A model generated the notes under the pieces. It had not been told where the DNA came from. It ran no database searches and worked only from the letters and a program-made list of their open reading frames with translations. From a virus: DNA of 64,000 bases. Position 1 is the stretch's first letter. Each line of letters begins with the position of its first letter. The position numbers and the translations under genes are program-made. The stretch covers positions 1 to 64,000 of IMG/VR virus record IMGVR_UViG_3300020442_000017. One strand, given 5' to 3'. This document shows, piece after piece, positions 44,201 to 54,500 of the stretch.

Positions 44201-47200
44201 GATACATCAGTACTAACACTACTGCTTGATCGTAATGCATCATACACAAAAGGTGCAATTTTATCTTTAGGTGATGGTGTTGCACTTCCTGTTGCCAAAG
44301 GTGAGGTGTTAGAAGCTACTGCTTCACAAAATAGTGTAAAAGTAAAAGTTACTCAAGCAGGTTTTACAGTTTCCTCTTCTCTATTCATTTCTAGTTCTGA
44401 TTTACTTAACACACCAGGTGCACAAATTATCTCAATTAAGTCTTTAAGTGAGAATTTGTCTATTTCTAATATTCAAGACAATGTTGCTCTTGTTACTACA
44501 GGAACAAATCACGGTGTAGCAGAAGGAGAAAAAATTGTAGTTGATATTAATCCTGATGACAGCACAACTACTACTACCTTTAGTGTAAAATCTGCTGTAT
44601 ATCAAGAAGTAATCATTGAAACCCCAGTCATAGCAACGACTCTCAATGACACTGGTATCGGAAGAATTGAAATTTTAAATGGTGGTAATAACTACACAGT
44701 CGGACAGTATAATGATATTGCTTTATCTGGTGGCAAAGGATCTGGTGCTAAAGCATCTATTAAGGTAGAGCAAATTGGTAATAATAAACCTGTAACAGAA
44801 ATTGTTATTACTGATAGAGGAACTGGTTATGAAAAGTTTGATATTCTTACTGTTGGTGACAGTGATTTAAATAAAACTGACAATCTTGAACCAAGATTGC
44901 AAGTTCGTGTTGATCATGCTGGATTCTCTAGTGATAGAACAGATCTTATTGTAACAAGTGCTTCTAATTTTAGTGTAAACGATCAACTTACTCTTGGTAG
45001 CGAAACATTAACAGTATCAAATATTAGTGGCAACACTATTACTGTTGTAAGAGGATCAAATCCTGTAGATCATTTCAGTGGATCTACTGTTAGCGTAAAA
45101 GACGCAGGATTTACTCTGAATAGTGGATATCAAATTAATCAAGAAACTAATGATCCTGCACAACCATATGTTGTGTCTTATGATTCAAATACCCAAAAAG
45201 TTGTATTTAAATATGGATATGGAGTAACACCAACATATCTTACACTAAGTTCTGTTTTCAGAGATCAGAGTCAACCATCTACTAGACTAGTTAATGTTTT
45301 TAGTGTTGGTGATCCATTTACTGCTTTTGAAATTGATGGAGAAAGAAACAAAGTAATTGATATTAAAAAATCCTATAAGTACGTATTTGATATTAGTCAT
45401 ACATCAATGACTGGTACAAAATTTGATATATCACCAAGTAGTAATTTTAATCTTATTGCTGGTGAGGTAGATAAACCTAATCTTTTTGAAGTTAATATCA
45501 AGACTGGTTTTGGACCTAGACTTGCAACAAATGCATATGATACTAGGGTAGATAGTCCATACAATAAGTATTACTATTTTGATCATAACAATGTAGTAAA
45601 TGCAGAAGGTGCATATCTGAATGTCATTGATGATCCTTTACAAGGTGAAAAGGATGTGTTGTATGTTACACCTACTGAGATTGTTTATTCTACTGGGAAT
45701 GTTGCCAGTCATGATGGAACAGGATCAATTTCATATACAACAAAGTCTTCTTTTGCTGTTGGTGCAATTAATTCAATTGCAATTAAGAACACAGGAGATG
45801 ACTATAAAAAACTTCCTATCGTAACTGGTATTATTGATGCCGATGGTGAAGTTGATAATACTGTAAAGTGTTATCTACAAAGTAATAATATTGGTTCACC
45901 TAAAAATATTAAAATTATTAATAATGGTGGAGCATTTCATAACGATACAACGTTACAGTCTACATTCAGATCAAATTACATATTTACATTATCAAACTTC
46001 AATATTAAACCTTTTAGTGTAGGTGAAACTATCATTCAAAAGTCTGGTTCTGTGGAGGTTGCTAGAGCAAGAGTGACTTCTTGGACAGAAGGGACAAATA
46101 TTCTTGTAGTTGATAGAGTAACTGGTATTTTCAGAAAAGGACAAGATATCATTGGTCTTTCTAGAAATCAAAAGGCAAAATTAGAAAATATTAATTTTAC
46201 TGAGTTTTCTCCTGTAATTCAAACTAACTTTGATAACATTGGTTCTTATTCATCTGATTCTGGAAAAGTCAGTGATGCCAATCAGAGAATTCATGATTCT
46301 TATTATTACCAAGATTATTCTTATACTATTAAATCAAAGACTCCAATAGAAACTTGGAGAAAACTCATCAAGGACACAACCCACCCAGCTGGTTTCCAGT
46401 TATTTGGTGAAGTCTTAATTGAGTCTAATATTGATTCACGAATGACAGAGAATACTTCTGTCAGTAGAGTTAGTGTAATCCAAGCATGGGATTCAACTAA
46501 GAATAAAATTACTGTTGAAAGTGTAACTAAACAGATCAGGCAGAATATTGTCCTAATGGATAATATGAATGTAGAAAGTGGTGTTGGTGCAATTTCACTT
46601 GATACAACAAATACCAGTGAAATTGTTGCTCAAGATGTAAAACTAAATGATGTATTTAATGGTGCATTTGGAAATAAAGGCAATCGTGAGGGTAAGAAAC
46701 AATTTACTCTAGTAGATAAAAATAACAATGCTATTACTCCAGTTAATGAACAAGCATTGATTATTACTTTAGATGGTATTTTACAAGAACCAGGTAAAGC
46801 ATATACTGTTAGTGGTGATAACATTGTATTTGCAGAAGCACCATTAGAAGGTGTTTCTTTCTCAGGAAGGAAGTTCCAATTCAAGACAAGTGCTTTAAAT
46901 AATTACTACCTTAAAAAAATTAGAAATATTTTCCAGCGTAATGGTAGGTGGTTAGACGCTGCAAATCAAATTGAAAGAAATAAAGAGTTTATTCAAGAGT
47001 CAACTCTAGAGCATATTCAAACGGTCCATCCTACTCTAGCATGGAATCGTTTAAGTAATAAATGTTTTAGAGACATTGGATTTATTGTTGATGCATTAGC
47101 ACATGACATCAGATTTGGTGGCAATGAAAAAACAAAGGTTTCTTTAGAGAAATATTTTAACAATGGTATTTTGGATTACATTGATGGTGAACTAGAACCA

Positions 47201-49657
47201 ACCATTGAAGCATTCCAGTATGCTGTTACTCTTGCAAAGAAAGCAATTAATAATGAACTATCAGGTGGATTTGTTGATCCTGACATTTTAACTGACAGTG
47301 GACCTGTTAAATGTGAGGATGTTCTTGCTGCATTAGATACTCTATCTGAAGTTATAAGAGTTATCCTAACTACAGGTCCAGGTTCTGTTGCTGTTGGATA
47401 TCCAGACTATTTCAATGGCAAGAATACTATTTTTGATTTGTATTATACTGATGGTACACCAGTTGATACAGAAGAAAATGAAGATCTATGGATTGCCTTA
47501 AGTGGAGTATTGCAAGTTGGTGATGCTTATACTATTGATAGAACAACTATTCCTAATAAAGTTGTATTTGCAGAACCTCCTATTTGGGGTCAGTCAGAAA
47601 ACACAAAAACTGTGTATGAACCATTAGCAGTTGAAAGATTCTTCGGTCAAGGGATTGGATCATACAAAAAATATACTATCAGTATCAATACTGCTGGCAC
47701 AGGACCATTCTTGATTATTGATGAAGAGAATAAGATCAAATCTATTGACAATAGCAATTTTGCTTATGTTTTTGTAGATGGTGTTTTACAGAAAGAATAT
47801 AAGTCATATACAATTAGTGGTTCTACTATTAAATTCCACACCAAGATTTCTCCTGAAAACAAAATTAATATTATTAGTCTTTACGGTAGAGAAACTGATA
47901 CAACAGTAACACTATATGATTATGAGAGAAATCAATATTACAACGAACTTAAATTAAGTTGTGATGCAGGTTCTCCAAATGATTTTATTGATTGGATCTC
48001 TTGGTATAACCTATCTTATAATGATCATCAAGTTGCATATCAAAAAGTTGGTGGTGTTAAAAAGTTTATTGGTAATGTAAAAGTATATAATGCCTCTCCA
48101 AACGTATTGACTATCACAATTGCTGGTGGTAACTATGTTTTAGATAATTCTAGTATTTTCTTTGCTGGTAAAGCAGATTATAGTGATGAGTATGAATTAA
48201 GTGGTACAACAAATACACTATCTTCAGTAAAAGATGCATTCCTTGAAAATCAAATGCAAAGAAATGCAACTAGATGGTTGTATGGTTCACCCAAAGGTGA
48301 TAGTGCATTCTTTGAAAGAAATAGATTGGGTGCTAATATATCCAATGGTGATCTTATCAAAATTGATGGTGAGGATGAATTTAGAACTATTAATGAACTA
48401 CCACGTTATGTAACGCCAAAAAATTATAATGCAGATGCTGATGTATCAAATGATTTCCGTGGCAATGTATTAGTAACTAAGTATTCAGGTGAAACACGTG
48501 GAACTGGTCTTAGTGTTGAATGTTCTGTAACGAATGGTAAAGTAACTTCTATCACTTGGAATAAAAATTCTGGTGGTTACGATGGTACACCTGTACTACA
48601 ATTCATTCCAATTGATCAGAAAGGTGGTGGAGCAAGAGCAGAAGTGCTTATGCAAAATGGTTCTGTTGTTGATATTGTAATTACTGATGGTGGTTCTGGA
48701 TATGATACTGCTCCTGAAGTGGTTGTCTCCAGACAATTCAAAGTAATTAAAAAGAATGGCAGAAAGATTGATAGTCTAATTAAATTAGGTTTTGAGAATA
48801 AAGTTCTAGTTGACAACATTAATGTTGTCACTAGTACCTCAAGGTTCTCTGGTAAGGAATTTGGTTCTACTCTTTCAGAACCTCTTGGTCCTGTAATGCC
48901 AGATGCTCCTGTTGATCCATATACTATGATCACAAAGAATATTGATTTGACATTTACTTTGCCAGCACCAGTTGGAATCCCACAAGAATTGATGAGATAT
49001 TATCCAACTGTTATTGATTCCGTAAGTATGCCTGATGCTATCATGCCTACATCAGCGGCAATGAGTATTATAGAGTTGGCAACTCAAGTAACTACTGTAT
49101 CAACAGCAGAAGGAGAATCTTCTACTACCTATCAGACAGGATTTGTTGATCATCGTTTCTGGAATGCATCTTACAACTCCGCTCCTCCTTCACTACATAA
49201 TATGACGATGAGACCATCGTTCCTCCAGTGGGAAGGTGCTAAATTTATGAATACAGGTACTATTACGTCTGCTTCTGGACTAACTGTATCAGAGTACACC
49301 ATTGAGGAGTTTGCAAGGTATGGATTTACATTAAGTGATTTCAGTGACTTTGCTGGATCTGGATGGTCAAGTAGTGGTTATTCCATGAATGTTGGATATC
49401 CAACCATTAATAATTATCTAAGTCAACTAGATACTACAGATCTACCTGATGAAAATGGGGCAGGTTATCTTGCTACTGGTGCAGTTGTTTATTGCAACAC
49501 TACCAATTTCCCAGCATCTGGAAAGATTTTAATTGGTAAAGAAACTATTTCTTATACCAGTAAATTGAGTGATCGTTTCATTGGATGTACACGTGGTGTA
49601 GATGGTTCACCTATAGAGCAACACACCATTGGAGCATTCCTAAGGAACGCACAATAA
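41249..49657 (+). CDS. gp7: Baseplate wedge initiator gp7-like (2802 aa, YHYH-type domain, one phycobiliprotein-like module)
   Basis: Lies between gp6 and gp8; QLPDFI..Y..F..F...YY; FYKAKGT..SI.FLF; DSYYYQDYSY.IKS...HPAG..LFGE; GTG start overlapping the gp6 stop. Confidence 0.85.
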   Translation: MPKTANKISFLIESQLPDFINEEYELFTKFIQKYYEQIEIQGQPLDIISNLQQYRDIDFYEKNVLQQSTTTSAYVQNVDTTISVVDATSFPKNGGYIKIDDEICFYRERTDNQFLEVSRGVSGNTTIGDLYEKSTFVTTQADNHISGSTVQNISNLFLYSLVKSFEKEYLDNFPEEYLKNDVDKRTLIKNITSFYKAKGTDQSIKFLFKCLVDNDPEPQVLYPREHTLKPSDSNWISNYSIKAKVLSGNVNDLIGRKITQTTGEYASAIVDNVQYSGKFDGEDLYELILAEGSINGSFSVAARTKLTKNISPGLGVGDRVDVFSTMGWENEGTFTVGNEVFSYEDKNVNQFVIKSRTSNGVYSDGDPVFFGSNVSGNGVELLVYGIVYNLEAETKFPYSSTGDSVDISDAGFLTDDIRIFDSQNNLRWTIGGLPPAVSDLVSNVSAIFEDADTYYIASSGFPSHSIGTLPADAADQKHLKILRKRPISTTESYETQFRDVGIATNGVPFLSYKDEDVILNGPLQNIVVNKRGNGYKKPPFILVNGVANQAIANLAGEVVESISITTAGSYIDTPIVEVVSGRNGTVTPIVTNGEVTSISIDNAGEYYSSPPEVRIADLAGKGQFAVFKAEVSTAGELTGFVKVNGGKGYTQGNILVDIIPVGSGAVATANIKEWRKDRFVKTNVDSENGTFFTNYVSSNGQGYAYLASPATLRANDNGVNHSPILGFAYDGNPIYGPYGYRDKLDANSPIIRMTSSYGPSSTRVDGPDVTTYPIGTFIQDWNYIHERGTLDKNNGRYCVTPEFPEGTYAYFITVDDQNAPVFPYVIGKCYYSLPVDSNYNSELNQYDLPKSARRLRTSDIENNGGGTSLLIKDVISGNISSATVESSSDNFRVGSKLVIDNSGTDGTGIDAEVESVTGKSVLSIESQTDKVLFVSLKESAYLFDGDRVTQGAATGRVVGNVFSGTTFAIKSVTGSWSASGTLTSDTSVLTLLLDRNASYTKGAILSLGDGVALPVAKGEVLEATASQNSVKVKVTQAGFTVSSSLFISSSDLLNTPGAQIISIKSLSENLSISNIQDNVALVTTGTNHGVAEGEKIVVDINPDDSTTTTTFSVKSAVYQEVIIETPVIATTLNDTGIGRIEILNGGNNYTVGQYNDIALSGGKGSGAKASIKVEQIGNNKPVTEIVITDRGTGYEKFDILTVGDSDLNKTDNLEPRLQVRVDHAGFSSDRTDLIVTSASNFSVNDQLTLGSETLTVSNISGNTITVVRGSNPVDHFSGSTVSVKDAGFTLNSGYQINQETNDPAQPYVVSYDSNTQKVVFKYGYGVTPTYLTLSSVFRDQSQPSTRLVNVFSVGDPFTAFEIDGERNKVIDIKKSYKYVFDISHTSMTGTKFDISPSSNFNLIAGEVDKPNLFEVNIKTGFGPRLATNAYDTRVDSPYNKYYYFDHNNVVNAEGAYLNVIDDPLQGEKDVLYVTPTEIVYSTGNVASHDGTGSISYTTKSSFAVGAINSIAIKNTGDDYKKLPIVTGIIDADGEVDNTVKCYLQSNNIGSPKNIKIINNGGAFHNDTTLQSTFRSNYIFTLSNFNIKPFSVGETIIQKSGSVEVARARVTSWTEGTNILVVDRVTGIFRKGQDIIGLSRNQKAKLENINFTEFSPVIQTNFDNIGSYSSDSGKVSDANQRIHDSYYYQDYSYTIKSKTPIETWRKLIKDTTHPAGFQLFGEVLIESNIDSRMTENTSVSRVSVIQAWDSTKNKITVESVTKQIRQNIVLMDNMNVESGVGAISLDTTNTSEIVAQDVKLNDVFNGAFGNKGNREGKKQFTLVDKNNNAITPVNEQALIITLDGILQEPGKAYTVSGDNIVFAEAPLEGVSFSGRKFQFKTSALNNYYLKKIRNIFQRNGRWLDAANQIERNKEFIQESTLEHIQTVHPTLAWNRLSNKCFRDIGFIVDALAHDIRFGGNEKTKVSLEKYFNNGILDYIDGELEPTIEAFQYAVTLAKKAINNELSGGFVDPDILTDSGPVKCEDVLAALDTLSEVIRVILTTGPGSVAVGYPDYFNGKNTIFDLYYTDGTPVDTEENEDLWIALSGVLQVGDAYTIDRTTIPNKVVFAEPPIWGQSENTKTVYEPLAVERFFGQGIGSYKKYTISINTAGTGPFLIIDEENKIKSIDNSNFAYVFVDGVLQKEYKSYTISGSTIKFHTKISPENKINIISLYGRETDTTVTLYDYERNQYYNELKLSCDAGSPNDFIDWISWYNLSYNDHQVAYQKVGGVKKFIGNVKVYNASPNVLTITIAGGNYVLDNSSIFFAGKADYSDEYELSGTTNTLSSVKDAFLENQMQRNATRWLYGSPKGDSAFFERNRLGANISNGDLIKIDGEDEFRTINELPRYVTPKNYNADADVSNDFRGNVLVTKYSGETRGTGLSVECSVTNGKVTSITWNKNSGGYDGTPVLQFIPIDQKGGGARAEVLMQNGSVVDIVITDGGSGYDTAPEVVVSRQFKVIKKNGRKIDSLIKLGFENKVLVDNINVVTSTSRFSGKEFGSTLSEPLGPVMPDAPVDPYTMITKNIDLTFTLPAPVGIPQELMRYYPTVIDSVSMPDAIMPTSAAMSIIELATQVTTVSTAEGESSTTYQTGFVDHRFWNASYNSAPPSLHNMTMRPSFLQWEGAKFMNTGTITSASGLTVSEYTIEEFARYGFTLSDFSDFAGSGWSSSGYSMNVGYPTINNYLSQLDTTDLPDENGAGYLATGAVVYCNTTNFPASGKILIGKETISYTSKLSDRFIGCTRGVDGSPIEQHTIGAFLRNAQ

Positions 49658-49670
49658 ATAAGTATAAATA
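49653..49670 (+). promoter_or_regulatory. Tandem T4 late promoters (AATAAATA, TATAAATA)
   Basis: Perfect TATAAATA at 49663-49670 upstream of gp8. Confidence 0.8.
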
Positions 49671-49715
49671 GACCAGATTCGTCTATAATTAAAGAACTAA
49701 ACGAGACTCAGTGCT

Positions 49716-51509
49716 ATGGCAGCTATTATTTCAGAAAAATTTAGAATCTTCAATGCGAAGCAATTTCTAGAGTCGTTAGGTGAAGGTGCAAATGATGCCT
49801 CCGCTGATCGTACTAGAATGTATTTCTTCGTTGGAAGATCAGCAAAATGGAACGGTTACCTTGAAATTTTCAATGTAAGCGGAACTTTTGCAGTAAACGA
49901 CGTTGTATACGAAGGCAACGATCCTAACACCGCAACCTTTAAAGGAACTGTAGAGGCAGTTTACCCTAACAGTCTCCTTCTCAATACCATTCTCCCCACG
50001 GCATCTGCCACACCTTCCTTTGGTACATCCATTACTAATGGTACTGCTACTGCAAAGACAGGTGTATATAGATATGCCAACGAGGAAGTTCCCCCTATTC
50101 CTCTAGACAACGCTGAAGAAAAGGGTGAAGTATATAATGAAATTATTGCTGCCAAGCGTATTCTAAGTGACAATGCTCGTTTAGTTGTTCCTCGTTATAA
50201 CTGGAATACTCAGACGAATCCAAAGTTTGACATGTATCGTCCTAACTACTCACCCACACCAGGTGGCGGTGGTGCTATCGGTACACAGACTGCTCTAGGT
50301 TCAAGTTCTCTATCTGGATCTAAGTATTATGTAATGAATAGCAGCTATGAAGTCTTCAAGTGCATTTACAACGGACAAGATCCTGTAAACACTGCTGGTC
50401 AAAACGCAACTTACGAACCAAAATCACAACCTAGTGCTGGTCAAGGAACATTTGATTCTGCTACAGGTGTGTATACAGAACCTGCTGGCACTGCTGGTTA
50501 CATTTGGAAGCATATTTTCACCCTACCTACTGGTGATGTGCTTGCGTTCCTATCCACAGACTTTATGCCTGTTGTAGCAAAAACAGAGGCATCTAGAGTA
50601 GCAGTAGAAGCACTAGCAGTTGATGGTGCTATTCATGTTGCTGTAGTTAGAGATGCTGGAAGCAATCTCCCTGCTTCTGCCACACTATACACTCCAGTTA
50701 AGGGTGATGGTACAGGTGCCATCGTTAAGTTTGAAACCAATGCTTCTGGTGAAGTATCTTCTGCTTCTATGGAGGCAGTTGGTTCTGGTTACACTTATGG
50801 CAACCTTATCCTATCTACAACCACTGTATTTACAGATTCTGCACTAACAACTAATCCTGGTGCATTCACTGGTTCCGCATATATTGAAACCGTTATTTCA
50901 CCTGAAGGTGGTCATGGTTCCAATGCTGACGTAGAACTCTTTGCCAAGAGAGTAATGACTAACGTCCGTTTAACATATGCAGAAGGACAGGGTGATTTCC
51001 CTGTAGACAACGACTTCCGTCGTATTGGTATTATCCAAGATCCATATCAGTATGGTACTACAACATATGCTTCTGATAGCACATTGCGTGGTACACATGC
51101 ACTAAAAGTAAATGGAACTGGTGCTGATTATGTTGTTGATGAATTAATCTCACAGACTGTTACAGGTGGTACTGCTAAAGGAACCGTCGTTTCTTGGGAC
51201 TCAACTAATCAAATTCTTAAGTACTATCAGTCTCCTGCTGTACACACTGATGGTGGTGTTGTACTTGCATTTGAATCTAATGCTTCAAATGCTGTTGCTG
51301 GTGCTCTTACTGGTGCTTCAAGAAATGTTGTTACCACAGAAGGTACTTCAGGTACACCTTCAGTAGTTGCAGACGTTTCTTTCGTAGAAGGTCTTGCTTC
51401 TGCTGAACTTGAACCTAACTCTGGAGATATCGTATACATAGAGAACAGAAGACAAATTACAAGAGCTGCTGACCAAATTGAGGACATTAAGCTCGTAATT
51501 GAATTCTGA
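49716..51509 (+). CDS. gp8: Baseplate wedge subunit gp8
   Basis: MAAII..KFRIFNA..F; YYVMNS.YEVFKC; GYIWK; NDFRRIGII.DP; SGDI.YIENR..ITRA.DQ.EDIKLVIEF. Confidence 0.93.
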   Translation: MAAIISEKFRIFNAKQFLESLGEGANDASADRTRMYFFVGRSAKWNGYLEIFNVSGTFAVNDVVYEGNDPNTATFKGTVEAVYPNSLLLNTILPTASATPSFGTSITNGTATAKTGVYRYANEEVPPIPLDNAEEKGEVYNEIIAAKRILSDNARLVVPRYNWNTQTNPKFDMYRPNYSPTPGGGGAIGTQTALGSSSLSGSKYYVMNSSYEVFKCIYNGQDPVNTAGQNATYEPKSQPSAGQGTFDSATGVYTEPAGTAGYIWKHIFTLPTGDVLAFLSTDFMPVVAKTEASRVAVEALAVDGAIHVAVVRDAGSNLPASATLYTPVKGDGTGAIVKFETNASGEVSSASMEAVGSGYTYGNLILSTTTVFTDSALTTNPGAFTGSAYIETVISPEGGHGSNADVELFAKRVMTNVRLTYAEGQGDFPVDNDFRRIGIIQDPYQYGTTTYASDSTLRGTHALKVNGTGADYVVDELISQTVTGGTAKGTVVSWDSTNQILKYYQSPAVHTDGGVVLAFESNASNAVAGALTGASRNVVTTEGTSGTPSVVADVSFVEGLASAELEPNSGDIVYIENRRQITRAADQIEDIKLVIEF

Positions 51510-51540
51510 TTGATCCAATCCAAAGTTAGAGAAACGTGAG

Positions 51541-54500
51541 ATGCCTCAGAAGACGAACCTTAATGTAACTCCATATTACGACGATTTTTCGCAAACTAAA
51601 AACTTCTATAAAGTACTCTTTCGTCCTGGATATTCTATTCAGGCGAGAGAGTTAACTCAGTTACAGTCTGTTCTTCAGAATCAGATTGAAAGTTTTGGTA
51701 AGTATGCGTTCAAACAAGGAGAACTAGTTATTCCTGGCGAGGTTGGGATTAACACTAAACTCCCCTACGTTAAATTATCTTCGGTATCTGAGATTCCTAT
51801 TAATGTAGATGGTAAGATCGTATATAAAAAATATGATATTACTCAACTGAGAGGATTGGTTCTTAGAGGTAATACTTCTGGAGTAACAGCAACAGTTATT
51901 GATGCTAATGTAGCAACAGATACTGCTTCTGATGTTTTGTATGTAAACTACACTAACAGTGGTGATGCATCAAATGAAGTAACTTTTCGTCAAGGTGAAA
52001 CCCTAGAGGTAGTTGATGGTGTAAATACACCATTAATGGTTGTTGGAACTGATGGTAGCGTACTTCCTACTTCTATTTCTATTACTGATCCTGACACAGG
52101 TGCATCGTCAACCTTAGAAAGTACAGCGATGGGGTTTGCTTCTGCTGTTAAGGTAGAAGAAGGTATTTACTTTGTTAATGGATATTTTGTAAGGAATGCA
52201 GAACAACTATTAATTATTGATCCATATTATAACAAACCATCAGCAAAAGTTGGTTTTAAAATTATTGAAAGTGTCGTAACAGCAGAGGAAGATAATTCTC
52301 TATACGACAATGCTATTGGATCTAGTAATTTTTCTGCACCTGGTGCAAATAGATTAAGTATCACTCTTGATCTAGTAAAATATAATTTAGATGTAAGCAC
52401 TGATAAGAATTTTATTCAGATTCTTACTGTTAGAAAAGGTGCTGTACAAAGTCAAATTGTACAAACAGATTATAATCTATTAGAGCAGACTCTTGCTAGA
52501 AGAACTTATGATGAGTCTGGAGATTATGTTGTTGAAGATTTTTCATTAGATGTTAGAGAATATTATCAAGAAGATGGCAATCTTGGTGTTTATGGACAAG
52601 ATGAATTTGGTTTAGTTAACGGTTTATCTGTTAGTGATGCAAAAGATAAATTGATTGCAAGCGTAAGTTCTGGTAAGGCTTATGTAAAAGGATTTGAAAT
52701 TGTAAATAAAGAGACAAAATATCTTCCTGTATCCAAAGCAAGAGAAACACTTGATAGAGAAGACATCAGAAAGAAAACAACAGGTCTTCCTACTTATAGA
52801 ATTACAAATACATATGGAAGTACACCATTGAATGCAGATGGTGGAGATCTAACTGCATATCCAAATGTATTTCTTTCTTCCGTTTTCAATGATGGAAGTG
52901 TTGGTCTGAATGGATCAGAAGCAGATAATGACAGTAAGCAAACTACATCACGTAGAGGTCATTTCTTTGATCAAAATCAAGGTATTAAAACAGTTTATGT
53001 ACAAAAAGAACCTAACATAAATCTTAGCACATTGAATGGTGCTTCAAGTGGAGTTGGTACTTTTGCTAACAATGGTGTTGCTGATTCTAGCAGAACTGCT
53101 GGAACTTACACCAACGTTACTACAACCACAGCACAGAATGGAACTGGTGCAACATTTGATATTGTTGTAGCTGCTGATGGAACGCCTACAATCACGCTAA
53201 ATCAAGCAGGTACAGGTTATGCATCAACTGATACTTTAAGCATCATTGACGGCAATCTAGGTGGCGGTGGTGGTGCTGACATCACTATTACAGTATCTAC
53301 TATCTCTGGTGTAGATGCTACTGATACCTTTGATGAGAGATTGACAGCATTATCTACTTTATATTGGGTGCAGGGTAGAAACGTTTCTGGTGTACCAAAT
53401 ACAATCAGTCCTATTGATGTTATTGCTTATTCAGAAGTTTCTAGACCTGAACTTGATGATCCTGCAAGCACACCAGAAACATACTTAGAATTGACACTTG
53501 CTGGTGACAAGAATCTTCTTGATAAATTCTTTACAGAGTATGATGCAGAAAATTCTGGTGACAATGGTATTAGAGAACTCTTCAGAACTAAAGTAGATGG
53601 AGAGAATGACCAAAATAGATTTGGTATCATACGAGACTACAATGAGACTATTACACCAGTTATTGGTATTGCAAAACCTAGTAACTTTACATTAGTAGAG
53701 AAAGGAACAGGATTTAATACTGATACAGATATTATCCTTTCTAAGGGTAAACTTTCTGATGGAACGTCTGTTTATAATAGCATTTTTGGTCTATCTTACT
53801 TTGATCCCCAATTCTTCACTAAATTGCTCCTAGACGATTCAACTGAGACTACAGGAGGATTTACACCAGGTCAATATGTATACGGTGTTACAAGCGGTGC
53901 TTACGGTGTTGTAGAAGGTTCTTCAACTGGATCATTCAGTAAGAATAAAGTTTTGATGGTAAAAACTTTATTTGGAACATTTAAGTCAGGTGAGATTATT
54001 AGAGATGAGAATAACAATTCAGTAAGAATTGCACAAGACAATACTATTTCACATTTTATTGTTACTTTCCAAGGTGTTGGATACGAATCAACTGGATGTT
54101 CTTTAAAAATTGATGGTGTTGATTATGATTCATCCAAGATTGAATTGGATATTTCTACTAGTAAAAAGGTTCTACAAGCAAATATCATTAGTAGAGAATT
54201 TGTAAATGTAGAGTATTCAAAACCACCTACTGTTTTAGTAAATCAAAAAGCAGGTAATGCAGCACCATCAAAGGCAGCAAAAATTACACCAGTTCTTGTT
54301 AGAAATGCTGTAACGACATTCACACCACAGAATGTGAAGTCATTCTATGCTGAATTTGGTTCAGGAAACAGTAACGTATTTACTTCTGATATTGAAATTA
54401 ATAATGATCAATATGTGGAGTCTATTCCTGTAACAAACTTTACATTTGGTGGAGAGAAGGGAAATAAATTTATTGAGTGTAATGGATTTGGTGGTGATAG

